The notes below the pieces were generated by a model. The model saw nothing but the letters and a program-made list of their open reading frames with translations. It had not been told where the DNA came from and made no database searches. A DNA stretch of 64,000 nucleotides, from contig UYFQ01000032.1 of the NCBI GenBank assembly GCA_900617105.1, positions 62,001 to 126,000 of the forward strand, in the 5' to 3' direction. The stretch is from Hydrurus foetidus. Lineage: Eukaryota. How positions within the stretch are numbered: position 1 is the stretch's first letter; every line of letters starts with the position of its first letter. Of this stretch, positions 10,578 to 18,889 are shown piece by piece. Made by a program: the position numbers and the translations under genes.

Positions 10578-11697
10578 CCAAAGCAAACGCACCCTGCGCA
10601 CCCTGCGCATCCTCGGCACCCGCGGCGTGCCCGCCGCTCACGGCGGTTTTGAAACCTTTGCCGAATACCTGTCGCTCTACCTCGTGGCCCAAGGCTGGCG
10701 CGTGGTGGTGTACTGCCAGGACGATGGTGTGGGCCCGGTGTTTGAGGACACCTGGCAAGGCGTGGAGCGGGTGCACATCCCGGTCAAGCAGGAAGGGCCC
10801 AAGGGCACCATTGTGTTTGACTGGCAGGCCACCGCCCACGCCGCCAAACACCGCGACTTGTGCCTGACACTGGGCTACAACACAGCGGTGTTTTGCGCGC
10901 TGCTGCGGCTCAAGGGCATACCCAATGTGATCAACATGGATGGCATAGAGTGGTCGCGCATGAAGTGGGGCCCGGTGGCCAAGACATGGTTTTGGTTGAA
11001 CGACTGGGCGGGCTGCTGGCTGGGCAACCACCTGGTGGCAGACCACCCGCAGATCAAGGTGCACCTGACCAGCCGCGTGCGGGCAGACAAGATCACCACC
11101 ATTCCCTATGGCGCCGATGCCGTCACCGCAGCACCAACCGCCCCTGTAGAAGCACTGGGCCTGCAACCGGGCAAATTCATGACGGTGATAGCGCGTGCCG
11201 AGCCGGAGAACTCGTTGCTTGAAATCGTGCAGGGTTTTTCTGCCAAACCGCGTGGCATACACCTTGTGGTGTTGGGCAACTATTCAGAGAGCAATGTGTA
11301 CCACCGCGCTGTCAAAGCGGCGGCTAGCGCCGAGGTAAAGTTTGTAGGTGCGATTTACGACAAAACGATCGTGCAAGCACTGCGCTTTCACAGCGCAGCC
11401 TATGTGCATGGCCACCAGGTGGGCGGCACCAATCCTTCGTTGGTAGAAGCTTTGGGGGCAGGTAATGCTGTCATTGCGCAAGACAACCGGTTTAACCGCT
11501 GGGTGGTGGGAGACGGCGCCTTGTACTTTGCGGGGGCCGATGGCTTTGCGGCCTGCATGGAACAGGTATTGGCGGAGCCCGCCCTGCTGCCACGGTTGCG
11601 AGAGCAAGGCCAGAAACGCTACCAAGAAGACTTTACGTGGCCGCATGTGCTGAAGCAGTACGAGGACCTGCTTGTCAGCTACCTCCCCTCACGGTAA
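10570..11697 (+). CDS. GT4-type glycosyltransferase with DUF1972-like N-terminus
   Basis: ILGTRGVPAAHGGFETFAE, NMDGIEW, HGHQVGGTNPSLVEALG. Confidence 0.88.
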   Translation: MTDQSKRTLRTLRILGTRGVPAAHGGFETFAEYLSLYLVAQGWRVVVYCQDDGVGPVFEDTWQGVERVHIPVKQEGPKGTIVFDWQATAHAAKHRDLCLTLGYNTAVFCALLRLKGIPNVINMDGIEWSRMKWGPVAKTWFWLNDWAGCWLGNHLVADHPQIKVHLTSRVRADKITTIPYGADAVTAAPTAPVEALGLQPGKFMTVIARAEPENSLLEIVQGFSAKPRGIHLVVLGNYSESNVYHRAVKAAASAEVKFVGAIYDKTIVQALRFHSAAYVHGHQVGGTNPSLVEALGAGNAVIAQDNRFNRWVVGDGALYFAGADGFAACMEQVLAEPALLPRLREQGQKRYQEDFTWPHVLKQYEDLLVSYLPSR

Positions 11698-11751
11698 ATG
11701 CTGGGCTGCGACCAGATACACCGCTTCACCAAAGATTATGTAGACGCCATT

Positions 11752-11815
11752 TTGCTATCAAAAGAGAAGCTGCTCGCGCATATTCCATAAGGGCTAGAGG
11801 CCTATTTCGTTCAAA
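11752..11815 (+). repeat. ~62-bp interspersed repeat, copy 1
   Basis: GCTA-N9-AAGC TGCTCGCGCA-N9-AGGGCTAGAGGCC; gapless alignment to the other 8 copies. Confidence 0.85.
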
Positions 11816-11833
11816 TAAGAGAGGGAGTGAGCT

Positions 11834-13156
11834 ATGAAAATTACCGTGATTGGAACCGGCTACGTGGGCCTGGTGTCGGGCGCCTGCTTTGCCGATATGG
11901 GCAACGATGTGCTGTGTCTGGATGTGGACCCGGCCAAGATCAAGATTCTGGAAGACGGGGGCATCCCCATCTATGAGCCCGGCCTGCAAGATATGGTGAA
12001 GCGCAATGTGGCTGCCGGCCGCCTGCACTTCACCACCGATGTGGAGCGCGCCGCGCACTTTGGCACGGTGCAGTTCATCGCCGTGGGCACGCCGCCCGAC
12101 GAAGATGGCTCGGCCGACATGAAGTATGTGATTGCCGCGGCACGCAACATCGGCAAGTACATGACCGACTACAAGGTGGTGGTGGACAAGAGCACGGTGC
12201 CCGTGGGCACGGCAGACCGGGTGAAGGCGGCCATTACCGATGAGCTGGCCAAGCGTGGGGTGAACACGCCCTTTAGCGTGGTGAGCAACCCCGAGTTTTT
12301 GAAGGAAGGCGCTGCCATTGACGACTTCATGCGGCCCGACCGCATTGTGGTGGGCTGCGAGGACGAGCAGGCTGCGCTGAACATGCGCGCGCTGTACGCC
12401 CCGATTCAGCGCAACCACGACCGCCTGATCGTGATGGACATTCGCAGTGCAGAGCTGACCAAGTACGCCGCCAACGCGATGCTGGCCACACGCATCAGCT
12501 TCATGAACGAGCTGGCCAACCTGGCGGAAAAACTAGGTGCCGACATTGAAAACGTGCGCAAGGGCATTGGCTCAGACCCGCGCATTGGCTACGACTTTTT
12601 GTATGCGGGTGCGGGCTATGGTGGCTCATGCTTCCCCAAGGACGTGCAGGCGCTGGTGAAGACCGCCCAAGACGACGCGGGCATTCACCTGCAGGTGCTG
12701 ACGGCGGTGGAAGCTGCCAACGACGCGCAAAAACGCGTGCTGGGCGGCAAGGTGCTCAAGCGGTTTGGCACCAATTTGCAGGGCAAGCACTTTGCGCTGT
12801 GGGGCCTGGCTTTCAAGGCCAACACCGACGACATGCGCAAGGCCACCAGCCGCGAAGTCATCCAAGACCTACTGGACGCGGGCGCCACGGTAACAGCCTA
12901 CGACCCCGTGGCGATGAACGAATCCAGGCATTGCTTTCCGGATGAACCGCGCCTGCGCTACGCCGAGAACCAAACCGCTGCGCTGGAAGGCGCTGATGCG
13001 CTGATCATCGTGACCGAGTGGCGCGAGTTCCGCAGCCCGGACTTTGACACCATCAAGGCCAAGCTGAAGCAGCCCGTGATTTTTGACGGCCGCAACCTGT
13101 ACGACCCCCAGCTGGTGCGCAGCATGGGGATTGAGTATTTGGCGATTGGGCGGTGA
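11834..13156 (+). CDS. ugd: UDP-glucose 6-dehydrogenase
   Basis: [41 protein letters not shown]. Confidence 0.96.
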   Translation: MKITVIGTGYVGLVSGACFADMGNDVLCLDVDPAKIKILEDGGIPIYEPGLQDMVKRNVAAGRLHFTTDVERAAHFGTVQFIAVGTPPDEDGSADMKYVIAAARNIGKYMTDYKVVVDKSTVPVGTADRVKAAITDELAKRGVNTPFSVVSNPEFLKEGAAIDDFMRPDRIVVGCEDEQAALNMRALYAPIQRNHDRLIVMDIRSAELTKYAANAMLATRISFMNELANLAEKLGADIENVRKGIGSDPRIGYDFLYAGAGYGGSCFPKDVQALVKTAQDDAGIHLQVLTAVEAANDAQKRVLGGKVLKRFGTNLQGKHFALWGLAFKANTDDMRKATSREVIQDLLDAGATVTAYDPVAMNESRHCFPDEPRLRYAENQTAALEGADALIIVTEWREFRSPDFDTIKAKLKQPVIFDGRNLYDPQLVRSMGIEYLAIGR

Positions 13157-13164
13157 GGGGGCGG

Positions 13165-13374
13165 CTAGTGTGCTGCCGCGTCTTCCATCAGGCTATCTTT
13201 CGTGCGCCTTGGTGAGAGTTTGAACCCCAAGTCCAAGGCGTGGGACTTGGCCGCTTGGGAGTACGCGTGAAGGTCTCCGTTGTACTTCTCTACCAGCGAC
13301 TCTCGCACTCTGTGAAGCTCTTCGACGACAGGATCATTGCAATCCGATTGTGTGAGAGGTGCTTTGGTATTCAT
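13165..13374 (-). CDS. Small protein, probable partner (antitoxin) of the upstream PIN toxin
   Basis: DPVVEELHRVRE...YNGDL resembles small proteins that follow PIN toxins; start overlaps the toxin remnant. Confidence 0.6.
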   Translation of the reverse strand: MNTKAPLTQSDCNDPVVEELHRVRESLVEKYNGDLHAYSQAAKSHALDLGFKLSPRRTKDSLMEDAAAH

Positions 13375-13526
13375 GCCAGTACTCCATCATCTCTAAAGGC
13401 GAAACCAGTTCAGGCAGTCGGTATCCACGTGCGGAGCACAGGCCACGCACTTTTGATCGGATCGACCGAAGTGCGGGCAGTCAGGTAGCTGATGACAGAG
13501 GATTCGATATAGACAAGCGGCTTCAT
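13371..13526 (-). pseudogene. PIN-domain (VapC-like) toxin remnant with internal deletion
   Basis: Hand translation: MKPLVYIESSVISYLTARTS (N-term) joined out of frame to CSARGYRLPELVSPLEMM (C-term); left end approximate. Confidence 0.7.
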
Positions 13527-13553
13527 TTCTGAGGTTTATCGCGTTGTTAGCCC

Positions 13554-13680
13554 ATCCGAGTTGCAAACAGCCGCATGCAGGAAATACCGGGCAAGCATTC
13601 CAAAGACATCACCGGCGTGCTGCAAAACCTGGTGCGTGATGGCCGAACCAGCGCGGCGCAAGGCGAAGCTTCCAGCAGCG
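13554..13680 (+). pseudogene. Fragment resembling C-terminal winged-helix region of AlbA/RecG-C-type ATP-binding proteins
   Basis: RVANSRMQEIPGKHSKDITGVLQNLVRDG, then MAEPARRKAKLP in another frame; family recalled, not searched. Confidence 0.35.
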
Positions 13681-13729
13681 GGCTTACCGTGCGGCATCGG
13701 TAAAAACGGGGGTGCAATGACACACACTT

Positions 13730-13793
13730 TTGCTATGTATTTAATAGCTTCTTGCGCATATTCCACGGGGGCTGGAATCATAAATGACACTTA
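13730..13793 (+). repeat. ~62-bp interspersed repeat, copy 2
   Basis: GCTA TGTATTTAA TAGC TTCTTGCGCA TATTCCACG GGGGCTGG. Confidence 0.85.
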
Positions 13794-13860
13794 AGAAGAA
13801 TCCGACTACTGCCTCGCCTCAGGCCAGACCAAATGAAAAGTCGCACCGGTGACGCAACAC

Positions 13861-13908
13861 AATAATAGTAAAATTGCACGACGTAATAATAGTACATTCG
13901 CACGGCGT
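13861..13908. promoter_or_regulatory. Two tandem 24-bp imperfect direct repeats upstream of Fic gene (putative operator)
   Basis: AATAATAGTAAAATTGCACGACGT / AATAATAGTACATTCGCACGGCGT. Confidence 0.55.
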
Positions 13909-13945
13909 GATTTTAGTGTATTCATATAAGAGCAGATAACCTGTC

Positions 13946-15490
13946 ATGGCAGCACCTAACGAAAAATTAGCGCAATCGCTAGCCGAGTTGGCCAAGCTAC
14001 AAGCCCAAGGGGCACGGGTCATTCGCAGCGCCCAGCTCTCTCGCACACACAGGGAGCGCTTGATAAAAAGCGGTTTTTTGGAGGAAGTGTTCAAAGGCTG
14101 GTACCTGCCGAGTCGGCCAGGTGAGTCCTTGGGAAGTACTTCCGCCTGGTTCGCCGGCATGCGCAACTTCATCAGCGGGTACTGCGACGACCGGTTTGGC
14201 GAGGAGTGGCATCTCAGCCCCGAGCAGTCGCTTCTACTTCGCTCAGGCGAACGCGCGCTCCCCTTGCAGCTACAAATCTGGACCAAGGCCGGTCATAACC
14301 AACTGGTTTCGCTCCCACACGGCTGCTCACTTTTCCTATACCGCGCGCCGTCAGTGCTGCCTTCCAAGGCTGCTCCTGACGAAGGGGGCCTGCGACTTGT
14401 CGAATTGACCAATGCCCTGGTTGCCGTTAGCACCGGGTTCTACCAGCAACAGACGCTCGCCGCTCGCATCGCGCTGAGCCTGGTCGAAGACTTGGGCGGC
14501 CTTTTGACGGTTCTGCTGAACGGCTCCCATTCTGTGGTGGCGGGTCGCCTAGCCGGCGCCTTGCGCGCGCTAGGTCGCGCAGCGCAAGCGGACAACATCG
14601 TGGCCACGATGAAAAGCGCAGATTACGTAGTCATCGAGACATCTCCATTTGAAGTGGTGCCGCCAGGTTTACCTGGAGGGCGACCGGAGTCCCCGTATGT
14701 GCAACGCCTACGCATCTCGTGGGAGCAAATGCGCGGGGTTGTCATTGAAAACTTGCCAGCGCCAAGTGCGCTGCCAACTGACATAGGTGTAACCCTCAAA
14801 GAGGTTGAAGACCGATACGTCAGCGATGCTTACCATTCGCTGTCCATCGAAGGATACCGAGTCACACCGGAGCTGATTGAGCGTGTGCGCTCGGGAAAAT
14901 GGGACCCGAATGGTCCGGACCAAGGTGCGCGTGACGCGATGGCAGCGAAAGGGTACTTTGAGGCGCACACCGAGGTGGCAGCGTTTATCAAACGAGAGCT
15001 AAACAACCCGAACCCGGCCTACGCCATGCGCGATCCACTCAGCAGCTGGCATCGGGCGCTATTTAGCCCAAGCGTCCAAGCAGGCTTACTAAAACCCAGT
15101 GATTTGGCTGGATGGCGAAATGATCAGGTCTACATCAGCGGCGCGATGCATGTACCGCTCTCGACAGATGCCGTACGCGAATGCATGCCTGTTCTTTTTG
15201 AGCTGATTTCGGCAGAACAACATCCGGGGGTTCGGGCCGTCCTGGGGCACTTCTTTTTTGTCTACGTCCACCCCTACATGGACGGCAATGGCCGGCTGGG
15301 CCGTTTTTTGATGAATGCGATGTTGGTCACTGGGGGGTACGTGTGGACGGTCGTCCCCGTAGAGCGGCGCAAATCCTATATGGACGCTCTTGAGCAGGCC
15401 AGTACAGGCCATGACATTGCAGGGTTTTCTGAATTTCTTGGCCAGCTAATTCGTGAGCAGACGGTTGCTCCTTTGAAACGGCCGACCTAA
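13946..15490 (+). CDS. Fic family protein with internal inhibitory motif (class II-like), long N-terminal extension
   Basis: HPYMDGNGRLGR catalytic motif; SLSIEG matches (S/T)xxxE(G/N). Confidence 0.9.
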   Translation: MAAPNEKLAQSLAELAKLQAQGARVIRSAQLSRTHRERLIKSGFLEEVFKGWYLPSRPGESLGSTSAWFAGMRNFISGYCDDRFGEEWHLSPEQSLLLRSGERALPLQLQIWTKAGHNQLVSLPHGCSLFLYRAPSVLPSKAAPDEGGLRLVELTNALVAVSTGFYQQQTLAARIALSLVEDLGGLLTVLLNGSHSVVAGRLAGALRALGRAAQADNIVATMKSADYVVIETSPFEVVPPGLPGGRPESPYVQRLRISWEQMRGVVIENLPAPSALPTDIGVTLKEVEDRYVSDAYHSLSIEGYRVTPELIERVRSGKWDPNGPDQGARDAMAAKGYFEAHTEVAAFIKRELNNPNPAYAMRDPLSSWHRALFSPSVQAGLLKPSDLAGWRNDQVYISGAMHVPLSTDAVRECMPVLFELISAEQHPGVRAVLGHFFFVYVHPYMDGNGRLGRFLMNAMLVTGGYVWTVVPVERRKSYMDALEQASTGHDIAGFSEFLGQLIREQTVAPLKRPT

Positions 15491-15523
15491 CCAAAATCCG
15501 CGCTTCTGGACAGCCATTCACAC

Positions 15524-15570
15524 CTGGAGGACGGGGGCGCCACGGTATGGGGATTGAGTATTTGGCGATT
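15524..15570 (+). pseudogene. ugd 3'-end remnant (second copy)
   Basis: GGGCGCCACGGTA (ugd 12880-12892) joined to ATGGGGATTGAGTATTTGGCGATT (last codons of ugd). Confidence 0.75.
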
Positions 15571-15603
15571 AGGCGATTAGGCGATTAGGCGATTGGGCGA
15601 TAG
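15564..15603 (+). repeat. 8-bp tandem repeat GGCGATT(A/G), about 5 units
   Basis: ggcgatta x3, ggcgattg, ggcgatag. Confidence 0.9.
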
Positions 15604-15616
15604 CAGGCAATCACTT

Positions 15617-15680
15617 TTGCTATCTTTTTAGTAGCTTCTTGCGCACATTCCACGGGGGCTGGAGGCCAATTTAGCTTAAA
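15617..15680 (+). repeat. ~62-bp interspersed repeat, copy 3
   Basis: GCTA TCTTTTTAG TAGC TTCTTGCGCA CATTCCACG GGGGCTGGAGGCC. Confidence 0.85.
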
Positions 15681-15683
15681 TTT

Positions 15684-16079
15684 TTATAGCTCAGCCTCGT
15701 TGGCGATCAACCCGGAAACGATCATTTCGCGCAGCGATACGTGATCTGCTCGCTGAACGCAGTCAATGGATGCACGGATGTAGTTGTTGTCTACCTCAGG
15801 GTCGTCACGGAGCGCGAGACCGTAGTCGATAGGTCCGTATCCGTTTTGAATGGCGATCAAATCAAAAGACTCAAAAGTGCGATGGTGTAGATGTTGAAAG
15901 TAGGTTTCGTCAAACCGCGTGGATGTTGTCAGCTCAGACACAAACGTTTGATAGGCCTGTTGCAGCAGCTGGGCTTCTACTTCCTGAAGTATTTCAGCAT
16001 CAGCGATGTTCAGCCGATTGATCGGGAGGTCAGTCCCCGGCTGGTAAATGTCACTTTGTTGGAATTGATACTTGGACAC
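15684..16079 (-). pseudogene. FicT-like toxin with in-frame deletion of the catalytic core
   Basis: YQPGTDLPINRLNI...LHHRTFES joined to FDLIAIQNGYGPIDY...YIRASI; no HPFxxGNGR motif. Confidence 0.7.
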
Positions 16080-16209
16080 GTTGCTTCTCCATCAGTGCTT
16101 TTGCGCTGGCCTGAACTTGGAGTGATGCGCGGTGCCGATAGCCTTCAATTCTCATTGAAACACGCACAGCTTGGTCAAGGCGCTTTTGGAGTTGCGGAGT
16201 AACTTTCAT
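16051..16209 (-). CDS. FicA/VbhA-like antitoxin, 52 aa (absent from ORF track)
   Basis: MKVTPQLQKRLDQAVRVSMRIEGYRHRASLQVQASAKALMEKQRVQVSIPTK*; SMRIEG = SxxxEG; overlaps Fic toxin start. Confidence 0.75.
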   Translation of the reverse strand: MKVTPQLQKRLDQAVRVSMRIEGYRHRASLQVQASAKALMEKQRVQVSIPTK

Positions 16210-16253
16210 TGCCGAATTTTACTCCGTTGCATAGGTTAAATGGTGTCGAACAA

Positions 16254-16372
16254 GTGCGCAAGGCCACTAGCCGCGATGTGATTCAAGACCTGCTGGACGC
16301 CGGGGCTACCGTCACCGCCTACGACCCCCAGCTGGTGCGGGGTATGGGGATTGAGTATTTGGCGATTGGGCC
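16254..16372 (+). pseudogene. ugd 3'-end remnant (third copy; diverged allele with 201-bp deletion)
   Basis: [39 protein letters not shown] matches ugd 12833-12907 plus 13109-13150. Confidence 0.85.
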
Positions 16373-16397
16373 ATTGGGCGATAGCAGGCAATCACTT

Positions 16398-16461
16398 TTG
16401 CTATCTTTTTAGTAGCTGTTTGCGCACATTCCACGGGGGCTAGCGGCATAAATGGCACTAA
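16398..16461 (+). repeat. ~62-bp interspersed repeat, copy 4
   Basis: GCTA TCTTTTTAG TAGC TGTTTGCGCA CATTCCACG GGGGCTAGCGGC. Confidence 0.85.
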
Positions 16462-16466
16462 AATGA

Positions 16467-16607
16467 GGACAACCACCCAAGGTGATCCGGCTGAAAACTT
16501 TAAATCAAACCAGAGCTGCGACGTCGAAAGTGCTGATCGACCACCGGGATTTGATTGTCGAATCGTTGGTGACAAATAACCTAGCATTAGTTGAGATTGT
16601 GCAATGA
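16467..16607 (+). pseudogene. C-terminal fragment of a DUF5615-like PIN toxin
   Basis: GQPPKVIRLKTLNQTRAATSKVLIDHRDLIVESLVTNNLALVEIVQ*; no start codon, begins just after repeat copy 4. Confidence 0.5.
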
Positions 16608-16740
16608 GGTGGTCGGCTATACGGGCGATGTAGTGTTTGACACTAGCAAGCTCCACGGCACTGGCTTGGAAAAGGCCAATGCAGATTTTGTGCGGTCGCA
16701 AGGCTTGCGCCGAATAGCTAGCAGCACATTTGATGCATAA
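16606..16740 (+). pseudogene. fcl C-terminal remnant with internal deletion
   Basis: EVVGYTGDVVFDTSKLHGT|GLEKANADF versus resident Fcl [18 protein letters not shown]...GIALTYAAY. Confidence 0.6.
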
Positions 16741-16791
16741 ACCCGAAGGAACTATAGACGCAGCCCCGCAGCCCTTTTAGGATCCCGCCCA

Positions 16792-18228
16792 ATGAACGTT
16801 TCTACCCTGCAAGACATTGCCGCCCAGTCGGGTGTGGCCTTTGGCACCAGCGGCGCGCGCGGCCTGGTGGCCGACATGACGCCTGCGTTGTGCCACGCCT
16901 ACACCACTGCTTTTATCAACGCCGTGGCCCCAAAAGCCACCACCGTGGTGTTGGGCCACGACCTGCGCCCCAGCAGCCCGGCCATAGCCGCGGCCTGCGC
17001 TGCGGCCCTGACAGACCTGGGCCTGACCGTGGTGTACGGCGGCGCCCTGCCCACACCGGCCCTGGCCTTGTATGGTGCGCAGACCGGTGCCCCCACCGTG
17101 GTGGTGACCGGCAGTCACATTCCGTTTGACCGCAACGGCATCAAGTTTTACCGGGAAGACGGCGAAATATCCAAGCCCAACGAGCAGGCCATGCTCGGCT
17201 ACCTGGTTGGCCTGCCCAAAAATCTGAAAGTGCCTGCGCTGCCATCGCCCGAGCCGCAGGTGGAGCAGGTCTACGTGCACCGCTATGTCGACTTTTTTGG
17301 TGCGGGCACGCTGGAGGGTGTCACCGTGGCGGTGTACGAACACTCCAGCGTAGGGCGCGATGTGCTGCGCCACATTCTGGAAGCGCTGGGCGCCGAAGTC
17401 ATTTCGCTGGGCCGCACCGACACTTTCGTGCCGATTGACACCGAAGCCGTGCGCCATGAAGACGTGGAGCAGGCCAAGGAATGGGCGGAGCTGTATGACT
17501 TTGACGCCATTGTCTCGACCGACGGCGATGCCGACCGCCCCCTGATTGGCGACGAAATGGGCCAGTGGCTGCGTGGCGACGTGGTGGGCATTTTGTGCGC
17601 CCAGTACCTGCAGGCGCATGCGGTGGTCACCCCGGTGAGCAGCAACACGGCGCTGGAGCAGAGCAAGGCGTTTCCCCAGGTGGTGCGCACGCGCATTGGC
17701 TCGCCCTATGTGATTGCGGGTATGGAAGACGCGCTAGCCAAGGGCTCAGCGCTGGTGGTGGGCTACGAGGCCAATGGCGGCTTTTTGCTGGGCAGCCAGG
17801 TGCTGCGCCACGGCCAGCGTCTGGGCCCCTTGCCCACGCGCGATGCGGTGCTGCCCATCGTGGCGCTGCTGTGCGCCGCCAAGGAACGTGGTGTGAAGAT
17901 GTCGGAACTGGGCCATGACTTGCCCAAGCGTTTTACCGCCAGCGACCGGCTGCAAAACTTTGCGACGCTGAAGAGCATTGGCTTGATGGCCCGCCTGAAA
18001 GCGGATTCCCGCTTGTTGAGCGACCTGCTGGCGCCTGGTGCTGGACCCGTGGAGTCTCTGGATGAAACCGATGGCCTGCGTGCCACCTTTACCTCGGGCG
18101 ACATCGTGCACCTGCGCCCCTCTGGCAACGCGCCAGAGCTGCGTTGCTATGCAGAGTCCAGCTCGGCCAAGCAAGCCCGCGCGCTGTGCGACGCGTGCTT
18201 GCTGCAGGTGCTGAAGGTGGCGGGTTAG
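16792..18228 (+). CDS. manB: Phosphomannomutase
   Basis: FGTSGARG, VTGSHIPFDRNGIK, STDGDADR, GYEANGG, RPSGNAPELR. Confidence 0.9.
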   Translation: MNVSTLQDIAAQSGVAFGTSGARGLVADMTPALCHAYTTAFINAVAPKATTVVLGHDLRPSSPAIAAACAAALTDLGLTVVYGGALPTPALALYGAQTGAPTVVVTGSHIPFDRNGIKFYREDGEISKPNEQAMLGYLVGLPKNLKVPALPSPEPQVEQVYVHRYVDFFGAGTLEGVTVAVYEHSSVGRDVLRHILEALGAEVISLGRTDTFVPIDTEAVRHEDVEQAKEWAELYDFDAIVSTDGDADRPLIGDEMGQWLRGDVVGILCAQYLQAHAVVTPVSSNTALEQSKAFPQVVRTRIGSPYVIAGMEDALAKGSALVVGYEANGGFLLGSQVLRHGQRLGPLPTRDAVLPIVALLCAAKERGVKMSELGHDLPKRFTASDRLQNFATLKSIGLMARLKADSRLLSDLLAPGAGPVESLDETDGLRATFTSGDIVHLRPSGNAPELRCYAESSSAKQARALCDACLLQVLKVAG

Positions 18229-18231
18229 GCC

Positions 18232-18870
18232 TTAAGACTGGACAGCGCGGCGCCGGGCTGTCCAGCCAACGAGTCCCAGCCCGGCCAGCAGCAGGGCCAG
18301 TGTTTCGGGTTCTGGAACGGCGGTGATGGTGATATTGATGTTGTCCAGGCCCACATACACGGTACGCTTTTCGTCTACCCCACTCACGCGGATCGACTGG
18401 AGGCCCGTAAACCCGGCAAAAGCCGCTGGGCCATAACTAGCGACTTGGCCCTTTGACACCGTCAACAAGCCAGAGGTCACGACAGTGCCATTGGTACGGA
18501 TACCCGTGATGGTGAGCTTGCGTGTTTCATTGGGTAGGAACTCGGCGGCACCAATCAGATCCAGGCTGCTAAGTGCAAAGGCACTCTGCACCCCTACGGG
18601 CAACGACATGATTTCAAAGGACTCTGTCAGGGCGTAGTAGCCCAGAAAACTACCCGCACTGTAGTTCTGCACATAGTCGGCGCCATTGAGCAGGTATTGG
18701 TTGCCACTGGAGTGCTGAAACTGCACGCCATAGGTTGCAGCTGCAGCACCCAAATTGCCAGAGAGGTCATCAAAGCTGATGGCGGTGGCTTGCGCTTGGG
18801 CCGCTGCCGCAAAGCCTGCCAAGACGGCAACACGCAATGTGCGCCGGAAGATCTGCGGTAGTGATGACAT
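18232..18870 (-). CDS. PEP-CTERM sorting-domain protein
   Basis: Signal peptide (AAAQA); C-terminal VPEPETLALLLAGLGLVGWTARRR. Confidence 0.92.
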   Translation of the reverse strand: MSSLPQIFRRTLRVAVLAGFAAAAQAQATAISFDDLSGNLGAAAATYGVQFQHSSGNQYLLNGADYVQNYSAGSFLGYYALTESFEIMSLPVGVQSAFALSSLDLIGAAEFLPNETRKLTITGIRTNGTVVTSGLLTVSKGQVASYGPAAFAGFTGLQSIRVSGVDEKRTVYVGLDNINITITAVPEPETLALLLAGLGLVGWTARRRAVQS

Positions 18871-18889
18871 TGTTTTTCCCTTGGTGTTT

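Noticed and set aside
13534..15491. Integron-like core sites: GTTAGCC at 13546 and ACCTAAC over the Fic stop at 15485
   Set aside because: No paired attC hairpin follows either site, no intI in the window, and such 7-mers occur by chance; IntegronFinder would settle it
16209..16412. 67-aa ORF as a real gene
   Set aside because: It is read-through of the deleted ugd remnant from a TTG start
11752..16461. Clustered repeats as a CRISPR array
   Set aside because: Copies are divergent, separated by 0.7-1.9 kb of genes, and no cas genes are present
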